From Octopus vulgaris (Eukaryota), in assembly GCA_951406725.2 (NCBI GenBank), contig OX597814.1, positions 65,472,001 through 65,536,000 on the forward strand: a stretch of DNA of 64,000 nt, given 5' to 3'. Below the pieces are notes generated by a model. The model did no database searches. It was not told where the DNA came from and worked only from the letters and a program-made list of their open reading frames with translations. Shown one piece after another: positions 30,256 through 44,710 of this stretch. Within the stretch, counting starts at the first letter, position 1; each line of letters begins with the position of its first letter. The translations under genes were made by a program, and so were the position numbers.

Positions 30256-31844
30256 CAACGTATTTCCGCAAAGTTTCTGTCTACAAAATTGCAGCTGTTT
30301 ATTTTTTTTTTTCATAGTAACAAAGGTTACATTTACTTTTTATGAATACTGTTTGATGAAATTCATGTTTCAAAAGAAAGAAGAAACACTTGATAATGTT
30401 AAAATAAAAGCAAACATCAAATTCAGAGCATATAAGTTTCTGAAATATGTCAATATCTCTTGAAGCTGATTCAGCTGTTTGCCATTCTGAAAACTGAATA
30501 TGGGAAGGTCACATAACACATTCTCAATACTGCTTTTCTTCATCTTTTTCTCATTAAATTCTGTTCTATCTGCATTTGGAATACATGATATCATCTCTGA
30601 AATTTTGTTTTGCGAGGACCTTAACAAAGAGAGGTACACAAATAATTATTGGATGAGAAATACATATATTTAAAAAACCGAATTCCAAACTTAGGAAGAA
30701 ACATTCCTCAAGACCAACTGCAAACACTTTCAAAAGCCCTTTCTATAGTACCGAAACTCAATCAGATCAAAGCCACAAGAGATGTTCTACATCATTTTCA
30801 CGCTTTTCAGGAACTTCAATAGTCGAAATATTTGAAAATCTTTCAGTGAAATGGAGCAAATCTGAGAGAGCCACCTCTGCTTTCATTAATCAAAAAAACT
30901 GCAGGCATTCTCTAATTCGGAAAGTCTTTATACAAAAGGAGTGTGTTTTTTTTGAGGTGGGGGGAGTATTTAGCTGCCACTCTTGGAGAAAATGCCTAAT
31001 TATTGTTAAACAGTGTCTATCAATTAAAGATAGATTCAAACACATAAAAATCAAAGACTCATAAATATATTCTCATATATACAAGTCTATTGATTTATCA
31101 GCCATCATACCTCAATAGACTTGCACCATGTTTGCAGACATTTTTGGGAGAAGAAATGCAGCTACTGAACATGAATATGTCATCTGCACATCAAAAACAA
31201 TAAAAGGGGCTACTACGTAAGTCATAGAAGTTGCTGTAACCACCTACATTTTAATGTTAATTATGAATGTTCTGCTAATGTTGCTACAGATATAATATAA
31301 TTAATGAATCTTCGCGGTAATATTGGTTGTAATTTGATGCAGAGCGTTGGGAATTATATTTTGCTCGATTTTGTTATGTATCATTTCATTCAGCCTTTTA
31401 ATCTCAGTGTTTGCTTTTTGTCTTCTATCACTAAAATTTACGGCAATCAACTACACAGGTTAATCTATTACATGTAGTGAGAGTTAGAGACTTACAGCAT
31501 CAATACAACAATGTCAGATATTCCTTATGGTGGGCAATGAAACCTGACTATGCTACAATGAAACCAACAGCTTGACTCAAAATTTTCGCTATGGAATTTA
31601 AAGGCTACTTGATACATATTAACCATATTGACTACTACCATGCGAACATGGTCAAGTAACGGGAGAACATTAGGGACTGATATTTTAGTGACATATATTG
31701 TAGAAAAATGTGCGTGTCTGATATCATTTTAGTCAAATACAGCGGTACATATACTCACAAGAAAATACTTAATACCAGACATTTAGTCAGAGAGTGTATC
31801 GATATCATTATCATTATCGATATTATTTAATAATGTGTTGAGCC

Positions 31845-32255
31845 TGTAGAAGCGTTAGTACGCCGGGCAAAAAGCTTAGCGGCATTTCGTCCATCTTCGC
31901 CGAGGTCGACTTTGCCTCTCAAGTTGATGATATAAGTACCAGTCGAGTACTGAGATTGATGTAATCGACTAGTCCTCTATCACCAAAATTTGCAGCTAAG
32001 TGCTATAGTTTAACGGATTATTATCAATTTTTCTTTTCGATAAGGTGTCGTGCTGTCAGAATCGTTAGCCAGCCGGGTAAAATGTTTAGCGACATTTCGT
32101 CCGTTTTTACATTCTGAGTTGAAATTCCACCTAGGTAGCCTTTACCTTTCATCCTTTTGGAGTTGATGAAACAAGTACAAATCGAGCACTGGGGTCGATG
32201 AGATCAACTTCCACAAAATTTCAGGTCTTTTGCTAATTCTAGAAAGGATTATTAT
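31845..32255 (+). mobile_element. Two tandem Meta-domain-like SINE copies
   Basis: GTTAG..CCGGGCAAAA..GCTTAGCG..GAGGTCGACTTTGCC repeated; tails GGATTATTAT. Confidence 0.75.
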
Positions 32256-32579
32256 CTGTAATTTCACAAGCCCGAGGAATACATCGCCAGTATGGTGTCT
32301 TGAAAATAATTATTCCTAAGAAATTATCTAAAGATGTTAAAGAATAGAATATGCAACGTTAGAATACCCCAACAAAAGTTGTAGATTCTTGGGTTTCTTT
32401 TTCGTGGAACCTACTTCTGTCTATTTATGGAGTTTATTTATTATTGTTTTTTCACTATCTAGTCTACAGTGATTCCAGTTGTATAGCTTAGAAACAGAGC
32501 GATATGCACTTTCTTGAAGTACTTTTTGAAATCAAGGTAGTTCTTTTTGAAATACGTTATGGATTCCAAAAAGAGATTA

Positions 32580-32668
<89 letters not shown>

Positions 32669-32671
<3 letters not shown>

Positions 32672-33270
32672 TAGTTTTATTTTTATAGCGTGCTTTCACT
32701 TCACTACCGAGCGCAGCTCTGTGTGCCTTGGGTATGTGCTGTGATTTGTTGTGATGCTCTGATGGTTATTGTATGGAAAGTGTTCTGCGTAGGATGTGTG
32801 CAGTGCCTAGTAGTGCAATTTTCTGTATGTTATATGTGTTTGTAAGTCCTGGTGTTTTTGTTATGTATTTGTCTGAATATTTTTTTATCATGCCTAATGC
32901 ACCTACTATGATAGGAATTGTTTCTGTTTTCAGATTCCACATTCTGGTTACCTCTATTTCCAGGTCTTTGTATTTTGAGAGTTTCTCCATTTCTTTTAGA
33001 GATACGTTGTCATCTGCCGCTATTCATACATCAATTAGAAAGCATTTTTTTTCTTCATGATCTCTGACAACTATATCTGTTCTGTTGGCCTTAATTTCTC
33101 TATCTGTGTGTATCGGCATATCCCAGAGTATGGTTACTTTCTCGTTTTCTGTGACCTTTTCTGGTGTGTACCTATACCATCTTTTTTCTGTTGTTATTCC
33201 ATAATGTTGGCATAGCTTCCAGTGTATGTAGGTTCCAACTCTGTCATGTCTGTGAATATATTCCTTCTTA
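32669..33270 (-). mobile_element. R4/Dong-like family 1, 5'-truncated copy B
   Basis: Near-identical to copy A; (TAA)n on both sides. Confidence 0.92.
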
Positions 33271-33280
33271 AATTATTATA

Positions 33281-33361
<81 letters not shown>

Positions 33362-33365
<4 letters not shown>

Positions 33366-33975
33366 GTTTTACTTTTGCTTTACATTTGTATAAGTTGGCT
33401 CCAAGTTTCACCCAGGGACCTCAAGAGACAGCAAGTTGGAAGTTCATGTTGGTGTTATGCCTAGTGTGCCATATATTTGGTTTCGTACTTAGTGTTGTAC
33501 TAGTGAATGTTTAAGAAACCATAAGGAAATTATGTTTGTTTTAAAACTTAAGATTACATAGAAAGTATTTTGCGTAGGACATGAGCAGTTCCTAAGAGCA
33601 CTGTCTCTTGCATTTCTGCCATTTTGGGGTTTCCTGGTATCTGAGCTATGTAGTAAGCAGCCCCTTTTGCTATCATTCCCAGGGCACCTATGACAACAGG
33701 CATTGTTTTAGTCTTCAGGTTCCACATTTTGCTAATTTCTATTTCAAGATCTGTATATTTGCTCAGTTTCTGGTAGGTCTTGACAGATACGTTTATATCG
33801 ATTGGGACAGTCATATCAATGAGGAGGCATGATTTTTGTCTAAAGTCTTTCAATATGATGTCTTACCTATACGCCTCTATCTTTCTGTCAGTTTGAATGG
33901 TGAAGTTCCAGAAGAGTGAGACGTGATCATTTCCAAGCACTGGAGGCGGTTTGTGTTCCCACCAGTTTTTATCAT
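33362..33975 (-). mobile_element. R4/Dong-like family 2, truncated copy
   Basis: CLLIDMTVPIDINVSVKTYQKLSKYTDLEIEISKMW; homologous to 20960-21520. Confidence 0.88.
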
Positions 33976-34139
33976 ATTCATCGTCGTCATCATCATCATC
34001 ACCATCGTGATCATCGTTGTGGTCGTCGTCATCGTGATCGTCGTCATTGTCGTCATCATTAACATCATTATCATCATCATCATCTTCGCCGTCATCATCG
34101 TTATTTTAGAATATGTTCTCTCAGATTATTCAGGGATTT

Positions 34140-34755
<616 letters not shown>

Positions 34756-35023
34756 TTCAAGCCTGATAACGTAGTCGCAATTTGTTTGCGAATCTCTTTT
34801 TAAAGAGCGTACAGTCGATACAAACAATAGAGTTCATATTAATAATAAATGCATATAAATAACTTCTGAAATCTCGGTGTTTACCCATACAGATTTTATA
34901 GAATAAATAATATTCAGTTTATAGACAATTTTTTTACGCTATGTACATACAGAAATTACGAACCACGCCCATCGAAAGAAAACATGCAGAACCAAGACTT
35001 CTAAATACACACAGCATACTTAA

Positions 35024-35611
35024 GAATTAATACGGAAAAAAACACCGCCATCAAGAGCAACCACGTCACTAACATCGAAAGTAACTGAAAATCCACAAAC
35101 AGCTACCAACACACACAAGTTACATAAGAAGAAACAATATCTAGGACATTTCCATTGAAAGCACCATTGCTTTAAACAATATTTTCGTCTCTGTTACATA
35201 CAGCAATATTCGCACGTACACATGTACAGAATCAAGTAAAGACATCACGAATATAACTGATGGAGTCATTTCTGATCGCAGGAAGAAAAAAAGAGACTAG
35301 GTGAGGGCTCAGATACGAGAGATTACTTCTCAAGGTGACAAACGACACGGTAGTCGGTGGCTGCGTTTGTTGATGGGTTTAAATTTTACTGACCCTTGAA
35401 AACTCCAAGTCTATTCTCAACCTTGGCTATGTGAAGCTACAACAGAACCACGACAACCGCATGAAACCGTAGCAAAAATGATAACAGCGGAAAGCAACAA
35501 CTACAGCAACTACAACGCTATAAAGTCGAATTAATACGGAAAAAAACACCGCCATCAAGAGCAACCACGTCACTAACATCGAAAGCAACTGAAAATCTAC
35601 AAACAGCTACC
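35024..35611. repeat. ~85-bp direct repeat pair 504 bp apart
   Basis: GAATTAATACGGAAAAAAACACCGCC...AAACAGCTACC at ~35024-35108 and ~35528-35611. Confidence 0.85.
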
Positions 35612-36185
35612 ACAGAACAAAAACACGATGCCCCACACAGCAAATATGCCCCTTCGTGTGTGGAACCACACACATATAGCGTGGCAACGATAAGTAGCCT
35701 AACTGGCAAAAAGTTGAAAATGCAAAGGAAAGAAAAGTGACAAAGGCACACCAACTAAAAAACAAAAACACTGGCAAAAGAAAAACGGGAGATTCACCAA
35801 CAACACTCCAACATCACTCAACAATAGCTACACTATTATTATCAATTCCATCATCCCCATCACCAACACCACCAATATTACAGATGCTAAAATTACAAGG
35901 ACAACCTAATTAACACACAAATAACGACAGTAACATTCCAAAACGAAAGAAGAACGATTACCTTTATTACACGGCCATAAACCCCAGTAGTAAGGAACTA
36001 AAAGAGCACACACATCAACATACAAGCACCTATTTCTGGTGCAGGAACAGAAAATAACGTACCCTATAGAGGAGGCAGCACGTGGCACAGGTGGGCGAAT
36101 AAGTGAACTCTGGCAGGAGCTCAAAGAGGAGAGGCTCGTCGGTGCTGTACCAACAAGCACAATTAGGACATGGGGGCCTAATATA

Positions 36186-37399
36186 TTGGGTTCGCATATA
36201 AGTTCCCGTGATTTCTTAAAATTAATTTTTAAAAAAAAGGTTTAATAAAAAATAACAACTAATTAATCAATAATGTATTCAGTCTTGTTGTTTACCACTT
36301 CTTCCCAACGTTCAACAAGATTTTCAATACCTCGTTGGTAGAAATCACCAGTTTTTTACTGGAAAAATTGATCCATCCAAGCTCTCAATTCTGCATCAGT
36401 TTTGAACGAAGCTCCGCGCATAGCATTCGAAAGAGGGGAAGATCAGTTGGTGTGGCAGCACTTCCGAGCCATGCGTTTGCAAGGCTTCCTTGGTTATATT
36501 GGCGATATGAGGGCGAGCGTTGTCGTGCAGCAGAACTCCATGCTGCTGATTAGGTATTTTCTCTTGAATAGCCGTATTGAGTCGTTCCATCTGTTGAACA
36601 CAGAGTTCCGCGTTGAGCGTTTGGTTCTGTTCAAGCAATTCGTAATGCATGATCCCTTCCCAGTACCAGCATACGCACAACATCGTTTTACGCGGATGAA
36701 GATCTTGTCCCACACGCAGTGTCACTTGATTTCCGGGCCTAAGCCATTCCTTACGATGCTTTATATGGATGTATAGGCACCATTTTTACTTGTCAGTAAC
36801 GATTCGGTAAAGAAATCGTTGCTTGTATCCATGAGTTGTGCGGTGACGAGCAAGCAAACCAGCAGAGATTGTGGCTCGTTGATTTTTGTTGTTGTCACTT
36901 AAAGCATGCGGAACCCATGCTCCATACTTTGAACCTTTCCCATCGAGTGAAGATGCTTCTGTATAGCAGTGTGGGGGCATTCCATTTTCTCTGCCAGTTC
37001 CCTTGTCGTTTGACGAGATTTTCATGCAAAAGTTGGTTTAATCGCTCTACATCGAACTCAACTGGACGGCCAGAACGAGGTGCGTCTTCTGAGGTTGAAC
37101 TTGGCATACCAATCACGAGCAGTTCTTTCAGTTATGCACCCTCTCCATACATAGCACAAATGTCGCGAGCAGCTTTTGCGGCCTTAGAACCTTGATTAAA
37201 AGCAAAAAGAAGGAGGTGTCACAATGCTCGTTTTCCTTAGCTTGACATTTCATTTTAATGATCTGAAACTAAACAAAATTTAACTAAAATATAACTAGAA
37301 AAAAATAGATTCCAAAATTATTCAAAAATAGAATTCTTTAAAAAAAAAAAGATTCCAAAATTAAAAAAAAAAACGGCGGTAACTTAGTTGCCAAACCAA
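36186..37399 (-). mobile_element. Mariner transposon, near full length, decayed
   Basis: TA-flanked imperfect TIRs TTGGGTTCGCATATAAGTT / TTGGTTTGGCAACTAAGTT; EDAPRSGRP, WVPHAL, RIVTD, LHPRKTMLCV, LLHDNARPH motifs; frameshifted. Confidence 0.92.
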
Positions 37400-38633
37400 T
37401 AGATATTAGATCTTATCGATACAAAGAACAGACACGACACCCAGACATATTACGGACGCCACACACAGACACACTAGCAGATGGATCGAGCCGTAAGAAA
37501 ACAAGACTGGAGTAATAACCCTCAGTCCTCTACACCACAGGACTTGACGACTAAAGAACGAAGAAAATATAAATAAATAATGGACACTGGTACAAACACT
37601 GTAATAAGACACACATGCACATACTAAAATGAGAACAAATACATAAATAAATAGGAGGCAAGAGTACAAACAGTGTAATATACAAACCCATATACACACA
37701 CACGGGACACATACTAAACACATGGACACACAATCTCACACAAACTCAAGCATAGACGAAAATGCATGCACAGATAGAGATACATATTACAGAAGGACAA
37801 AATGGAATGAGCAAAGCAAGAGGAGACATAACAAAAAGTCGTTGAAGAGCTCACAAAATGTGTGACGAAAGAACTTCGACAGATGTATTAACTAAAAATA
37901 ATACGAATTAAAACTAAAATGAGGATCAAATAAATAGTACGTGCATTTAATTGGCAAAAAATGACCATCGCCAGGTATAACAGATTATTATTTAGTTACG
38001 TGTTTTTATATTCTAAGTTCAAACATGGTAGTGGTTCACTTTAAAGTTCATACTTCCGATCATGGTCAACTTTGCCAGTCAAGTATGAATTTCATTTAAA
38101 ACCAGTTTTACTTTATTATTAATTACATGTGTTGTCTTTAACTTTTTAGGAATCATTGTATAAGCCTGACAGATTATTTCTGACATGTTTTGTTTACAAC
38201 TTGGTTATTACTGCGTTTTTTTTTTCTTTTTGCTTTTGCTTTTGGTGTTTCACTTCACATTAAAGTACACCCAACTTGAAATCTTCCGCTCAAACATCAA
38301 CTGTGAACCTTGAGATAATTTGATGCAAATTTGCCTGGAAGAGTTTAGGAGGCCAGCTTCCGGATCAAGTGAAATATTTACGTCACGCTGCGTACCTTTC
38401 GGCAAGTTTTTAATATGACTTAATGATAATGAAATAGAGAACGTGTGTACATGTCTGTCGGCATGTAGATGCATGTATGTTTATAGGTGTCGACAGATGT
38501 ATATGTGTGTGGATCTGTTTGTCTTTGTACATACGTATGCATGTATATGTCCATGTTAGCATACTCGAACTAGTTTATGTAAATGCATATAATTGTAGAG
38601 AAACACAATTCACAAATATAATTATATATATAA

Positions 38634-38667
<34 letters not shown>

Positions 38668-38726
38668 ATTTGTGTGTGTTTATGTATATATATATAGAAA
38701 CATATATATACGTATATATACATATG

Positions 38727-38779
<53 letters not shown>

Positions 38780-38809
38780 TATATATATGCAAGAACATAT
38801 ATGCATGTA

Positions 38810-40810
38810 TGTATGGAAGTGAGATTATTAATGATCTTTCTGGAGTAATGAATATATGGAGAGAACACTTTGCAGATCTTTTCCACAACCCATCAGTAAT
38901 GTACATGGATATCATAAGCAGCATTCCGCAAAGAGAGATAGTGCAACACATGAACGTTATACCTTCCATTGAAGAAGTAAATCTAGCCTTATGCAGACTG
39001 AGTTGAGGTAAAGCGCCTGGACGGGATGGTATTCTAGTTGAAATTTTGATAGCAAGTAGGGATCAATACTTCATCTGAAATTCATAGCCTGATAACTCGA
39101 CTTTGGAATGAATCTTTTCTGTGCCACAAGAATGGATAAAAGGCATTCTAATCTCTGTATAGAAGGGAAAGGATCCAAAAGCAGTGTGTAGTAATTCTAG
39201 AGGGATAACTCTCCTGACACATACCGGGAAAGTACTTTCAATGATCATGTTATATTGTCTTGTTGAGAATGTGTTCACATGTGATCCTGAAGAACAGTGT
39301 GGTTTCAGACCTGAGCGAGGAACAATGGACATAATTTTTTACTGTGGGAGGAATTCTTAGAGGAACAAATACCATTATACCAAGCATCTTTAAGGAACTA
39401 CATAGAACTATGTAAGTTCAGGTAGTTTTTAATGGTGAGCTTTCTCGTGAATTTTCGGTGGACAACGGTGTCAAACAGGGAGATATTTCCGCCCCTACAC
39501 TTTTCTCTATTTATTTTGCTGCATTGCTTTGGTATGCTTTCAAGGATTGCAGAAGGGGAATCGTAATCAGATTTCGGACACCTGGTCGCATTTTTAATTT
39601 GACCTGGCTTAATTGCAAAGCAAAACTTTTCAAAACACTTGTTAGAGAATTACTTTACGCTGATGATACTGATTTGTTGGCGCACTCAGAGGGGTTATGC
39701 AACATATAAAGGATAGATTTTCCACTGCATGTGTACATTTCGGACTCACAATTAGTCTGGGTAAAACCGAAGCAGTGTGTACTACCGTGCCAGGACAAAT
39801 ATATTCTGAAGCAAACATTTTTGTGAATGGAACAAGGTTAGAAGTCGTTGATACCTTTGTTTACCTTGGAAGCACAATATCAAGAGATGGTGGTCTTGAT
39901 GCAGAGATATACTATCGAATAGGGAAATGTTGCATTTGGAAAGCTCGAAAAGTGAGTATGAGGTGGATAGAGGTATTTCCCCGCAGACAAAATCAGTGTT
40001 TATAAAACGTATATTGACGGCACTTCTTTATTCGAGTGAGACGCGGACCACTTATAGGCGTCATATGAAAATGCTGGAGAGATTTCATCAAAAGTGCCTC
40101 AGACATAGCTTAGGAAATTTTCATACTAGATACAGAAGTTCTGCGCATGGCACGTTGTAGTTCAATTGAACAGCATATTATCTTGGCTCAAATGAGATGG
40201 GCTGGATATGTTATTAGAATGAAAGACGAAGTGTCTTTTTTATGGGGAGCTCAACTCTGGTAAGCGACCACAATTTAAGCAGAGGAAAAGTTATAAAGAC
40301 TGTGTGAGGGAAAACCTGAAGAAACAATATATGAACAAAAGTGATTGGGAAAAGGATGCTCTAGATCGGAACAAGTGGAGAGGTGCTGTTAGGTCTAGTT
40401 GCAATGCCTAGGAGGCAAAGATGATTCAGCACTCTGAGCTTAAATGTTGCAAAGGAACAATTGGAACTGTAATCAAAAGTGAACATTGGATATGTATTAT
40501 ATGTGATCTTGTTCCGTTGTCAAAAGCAGGATATGTGAATCATATTAAATCACATGAAACTCGAAATGCCCAGGTAGGTATTAATTTTGAACCCCAACCA
40601 TCACTTACAACTTGTATTATATGTCACACAACTTGAAAGGCAATATCTAGACTTAAAAGGCATATGCTAGTTCACAAAAACATTCCTTCGAAATCAGATT
40701 CCAAAGGGCAAATATGTAGAAGAAATTTAAATAATATGTCACTTGTATTTTAAAACCTATCAATCAGCAGCTGGTCTTAAATGTCATCTGAGGTTTCATC
40801 AATGGAATGA
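38810..40810 (+). mobile_element. RTE-clade LINE, degenerate RT region and C-terminus
   Basis: KAPGRDGI, RGITLL, EQCGFRPERGT, GVKQGDISAPTLF, LLYADD, FVYLGS, LERFHQKCLR, MRWAG. Confidence 0.88.
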
Positions 40811-40831
40811 TTGTGCTGTGTGGTGGGGTAT

Positions 40832-40883
<52 letters not shown>

Positions 40884-41329
40884 GATGGGAAGGCTATCTG
40901 CCGTCAAGATGAAGCAATCAAGAAGAATACAAAGAAAGTAGCCTGATACTATGTAAGCAAACGTTTAAGTTAATAATTCGGGATATGACAAATCATAGGA
41001 ACTTTATTGTCATTGTTACAGAAAGGTGGAAAAATGCCTCATACATTTATCAATACAATTGCAACAGCAAAAGTAATGTATTCTTTCACTAATATGCAAA
41101 ATCATATATATAATTTTCAGCAATGTGAACACAAATCTCAAAAAGGAAGCAATGTCTATTTTGTTAATGCAGTTTTAGTTTTGATGAATATTTGAAGAAG
41201 TTTTATCTATATACATTTCACAATATTGTCATCTCCAGGGTAAAATTAACCCCGAAATAATTCCACATATAAATAAAGTAAATTATTCAACTACTTTAAA
41301 ACTTCATTAACAATAGACCCCCATCCTTT

Positions 41330-41720
41330 GGTGCTTTCGAGTAATTTTACATGCGATATACATGAAACTTACACCCGAATGTTAAAAGCAGTATATAACA
41401 TATCTTGGAGAACTTACCCTACCGAGAAACAACTGTATAGAGGTCTCCAGAGTGTTTCCACAATCTTAAAGGAAAGGCACTTGCGCTCGCAAGACGTTGC
41501 TTGTGAGCGATCTGAACGAGAGTATACAAGAAGTTGACTTACTACTATGGGTGCCAAAGCATGGGTGTATTAGTGCAGGTCATCCGAATACAATGTATGT
41601 TGGTCAACTCGCCAGATACTCTGGATGCCTCCCCGAAGACCACAACAACTGACGCAGAACCGAGATGGAGAGCGTGCGCGGCTTTGAAATGTCCGAGCAA
41701 GGTCGACCAGATGACAATAA
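41330..41720 (+). mobile_element. Old LINE 3' fragment (RTE/RTEX-like)
   Basis: TYTRMLKAVYNISWRTYPTEKQLYRGLQSVSTILKERHLR resembles the post-RT region of RTEX-like LINEs. Confidence 0.55.
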
Positions 41721-42223
41721 TTGGAGACACAGAGCGTCACGTTTTACATATGTATATATAATTTTAACACAAATACTACTACACAAAACATTTATATAGA
41801 TAAATGTTTGAAACATTATCTTTCATCTTTTACTTATTTCATTCGTTGGGCTATTGGAATGGTGGCGCACCGTTTTCAATGCTAGTCCACCGTGTAAATG
41901 TAAAAGTTTATACAATGTGTATAGAAAGAGATGTCTTTTGCAACTACTTGCCCCTAAAATCCACAAGAACGCACTGTTTATAAATTCACTAATATTAAGC
42001 ATTAAAGTAATCTAGTTAAACTAATTTGTATATTTAAAATTAAATTACCGATGTATTAACGGTGTCTCGTTTCATTGTAGTGTATATTTATAAACCAGCG
42101 TTGCGTGCTGTGAAGATTCCAAACAATAAACCTGTACAATATGTTCGTAGACAGAAAACATACGCTTCCAATTCTGCTGGGTTTGTCGTCAGCAAACGCA
42201 CTGCTTATAAATGCACTAATATT

Positions 42224-43155
42224 CTTTTCTACTCAAAGCAAAAGGTCAGGCTTGTGTAGGATGACGGATTGCAAAAAAAATGCACTGTACAAGAAATTGA
42301 AAACGGATGAAACTGATAATAGGTGGGTAAAGAAAAGAATGCATGGTCAATTTCATAGGGATGTTGAAGACAGAGGAAAATGACGGCTGTGGATGACTAA
42401 AAGTGATTTAAGACCGGAAACGGAGGTTCTAATCTGTGCTGCCCAAGAGCAAGCACTAAGAACAAACTACCTAAAATACAGAATAGAAAACACATCAGAA
42501 AGTAATAAGTGCAGAATCGGTGGACAAAACAGTGATACCGTATGGTATATTATCAGCCAATGCACGTCACTAGCCCAGAAGGAATATAAGAGACGCCACG
42601 ACAATATAGCCAGGCTTGTCCATTGGGCATTTTGCAATAAGTAAGGACTTGACAGAGCAAACAATTGGTACGACCACAAACCTGAAGGCGTCGTCGAAAA
42701 TAGAAATGCAAAGATCTTATCGTATTTTATGATTCGGTGTGGCTATGAGATTGAGAATAGGAAACCGGACATACACTTAATTGAGAAAGAAAACAAGCTA
42801 TGTTGGATCATAGACATAGCATGCCCAGCTGACAACAAGGTATGTAATAAGGAAGAAAAGTCGAGAGATATGACAGGTTAGATTGGGGAGTTAAGCAGTT
42901 GTGGCCGATGAAAAAGGTAGCTGTAGTACCAATAATTGCCGGAGCCCTGAGACAGGGAGCAAAATCTCGAGAAGTACGTGGAACAAATAGGGGCTGCAAT
43001 AAGGGTGGAACACTTGCAGAAAACAGCACTGCTTGGAACCGCTCGAATACTCCGGAAGGTTCTCGACAAATAGTGGGTGTTACCTTAGTTCACTGGTAGT
43101 GAAAAGCTGGCACTGTAGTACATCTTCAACGTTATAAGCTGCGCAAAGTCAACAA
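42224..43155 (+). mobile_element. R4/Dong-like RLE LINE family 3, 5'-truncated
   Basis: MHGQF, AAQEQALRTN, YKRRHDNIAR, KPDI, IIDIACP, LQKTALLGTARILRKVL; (AAT)n tail. Confidence 0.9.
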
Positions 43156-43170
43156 TAATAATAATAATAA

Positions 43171-43808
43171 ATACCCTGATGCTGTACCAGGCAGTGGCTC
43201 TCATGTCTTCTGATCTTAACTGATTGGAAGAGTTATTATGTACATTGTTTTCTCTTGGTATAAAAGAAGGGCTGCAGCAAATATTCTGCTCAATACCAAA
43301 GATTTGTTTGTCGGTTGCTTGACCTTAACCAGTTGAACATGTCCCTTAATGGCTGATGAGAGGTGCATGTGTAATCATGAGCAGAAGTAGTGTGAGAGCA
43401 TCATAGCCATGTGTTGAGGGTTATTCTTTGTAGTTTGGATAATTCAGCTCTAGAAACATGGGTGTTTCGGTCAACATCCTTAAACAAACCTTATTCGGGG
43501 ATCTTTTGAGCGAGATAGACTACTCGACCTGAAGAAAATTCTAACTGGGGTCCACCTGTAAGGTCATGCGGTGTTGATCTGGATATGGTCACCATGTTGC
43601 GCGCATATGGCTGTGATGCATGTGCCTAGGCTCCACTTGCAAGTTCATGCACTGTTTATCTTGATATGAGATCACCATATTCCACATATATTGTTCTGAT
43701 GCATTTCGCTGGTGTACCCTTATCAAACACGTAGACATGATGGATATATTGGGGTTCGTGTATGTGCACCCCAGTGTCACTTTGAGGGTATGCATTCCTC
43801 TCTCACTC
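43171..43808 (+). mobile_element. Non-coding (TAA)n-flanked element, full-length copy with internal duplication
   Basis: Homologous to four copies at 57857-60020; ends CTCTCTCACTC-(AAT)n. Confidence 0.85.
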
Positions 43809-43819
43809 AATAATAATAA

Positions 43820-44218
43820 TCCTTTCTAATATAGGCACAAGACCTGAAATTCGAGGGGTATGGACCAGTTGTTTACATCGACCACTGTATTCAATTGGTA
43901 CTTAATTGATCAACCCCGAAGAGATGAAAGGCAAAGTCGACCTCGGCGGAAGTTGAATGCAAAACTTAGCCGCAGACGAAATACCTATTTCTTTACTACC
44001 CACAAGGGGCTAAACACAGAGAGGACAAACAAGGACAGACAAACGGATTAAGTCGATTATATCGACCCCAGAGCGTAACTGGTACTTATTTAATCGAACC
44101 CCAAAGGAAGAAAGGCAAAGTCGACCTCGGCGGAATTTGAACTCAGAACGTAGCGGCAGACGAAATACCGCTAAGCATTTCGCCCGGCGTGCTAACGTTT
44201 CTGCCTGTTCGCCGCCTT
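43820..44218 (-). mobile_element. Meta-domain-like SINE dimer
   Basis: Head GGCGGCGAAC..GTTAGC..GAGTTCAAAT; GTCGACTTTGCCTTTC..GGGGT occurs twice. Confidence 0.8.
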
Positions 44219-44339
44219 TAAATGCACTAATATTAGGGGTTAAAGTAAACTGGTTAAACCGAAAACATCGTCTATGATTTAACGCACACGTCTGGTCATA
44301 GTCTTTATAAATTTCAGCATTAACATAGTGAATCTTTTA

Positions 44340-44710
44340 CCCTTTATCTCTTAATTGTTTCAGTCGTCAGAGCGCGATCATGCTGGGGCACGGGCTCAAA
44401 GAATTTTAGTCAAACTAATTGACTCCAGTAATTATCTCTTTTTGCCGAATCACTATGTTACGGCGACGTAAACACACCAACACCGGTTGTCAAGCGATGG
44501 TGGGAGACAAACACACGTACACACGGGCACACACACACACACATATGTAAATGTATACGTCGGGCTTCTTTCAGTTTCCGTCAGCAAATCCACTCACAAG
44601 GCTTTGGTTAGCACGAGGCTATAGTAGAAGACATTTGCCCAAGGTATCATGTAGTTGGACAAAACCCCGAACCATGTTGGGAAGCAAATTTTTACCACAC
44701 AGCCACGCCT
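44340..44710 (-). mobile_element. CORE-like tRNA-SINE, near full length
   Basis: Reverse match to 13681-14085; CCTTGGGCAAATGTC core. Confidence 0.78.

Noticed and set aside
30370-31200. Non-repetitive-looking region with 70-90 aa ORFs
   Set aside because: No recognisable domain; could be an old TE or unique DNA and needs a BLASTX search
43345-43400. CTGATGA / CTGACGA within the TAA element
   Set aside because: Followed by GAAG rather than GAAA, and no consistent hammerhead stems across copies
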